The notes under the pieces are model-generated. The model searched no databases. It had not been told where the DNA came from and saw only the letters and a list, made by a program, of their open reading frames with translations. Positions 63,872 through 64,000 of a stretch of 64,000 nt of DNA are shown here, in pieces. Each line of letters starts with the position of its first letter. The stretch's first letter is position 1. The translations under genes were made by a program, and so were the position numbers. The stretch spans positions 682,001 to 746,000 of the forward strand of contig NEEC01000015.1 in NCBI GenBank assembly GCA_002189035.1. The letters run 5' to 3'. This DNA is from Utricularia gibba (Eukaryota; Plantae; Magnoliophyta).

Positions 63872-64000
63872 TGCATCTTCCTATGCTGAACCTGCCACTG
63901 TCCTAACTTCAAGGGAAGCAGTACGTAGCTTGACAAGCATACTATCAATAATGTGTGGGATCTTCTACTGTTGTGTTTGAAACAGGTGCAAGTGGCTTCA

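Noticed and set aside
1-64000. tRNA, rRNA, snRNA and CRISPR features
   Set aside because: No T-loop/cloverleaf, rRNA-like block, USE-TATA snRNA promoter or repeat-spacer array was seen.

Overview
Gene-dense, intron-short plant (eudicot) nuclear DNA with about 25 loci in 64 kb. In order: P4-ATPase ALA1 (5'-partial), PMT20/21-type methyltransferase, hAT-type MITE, BAHD acyltransferase, CDR1-like aspartic protease, SKIP25-like F-box/kelch, CWC21, cytosolic Asp-tRNA synthetase, DnaJ-type zinc-finger protein, BRAWNIN/DUF4516-like microprotein, DUF1644, EXO70G, UTr7-like nucleotide-sugar transporter, two tandem divergent XTHs, GLUTAMINE DUMPER, CONSTANS-like, a ubiquitin-RUB pseudogene, NAA50, Ran, Agenet+ENT protein, CYP95-like cyclophilin, a 67-aa membrane microprotein, two tandem alpha-expansins and a macro-domain protein. 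No rRNA, tRNA or CRISPR was seen. The strongest observation is a 173-bp tandem duplication inside the CYP95-like gene that copied an intron and created a new in-frame 78-nt exon. Also notable are a probable intron gain in the CDR1-like protease, remodelled active-site loops in the XTH pair, a decayed ubiquitin-RUB gene, and a pattern of 1-base losses in short G/C runs that frameshift many genes (most likely consensus error). All assignments come from reading motifs by eye; no searches were run.
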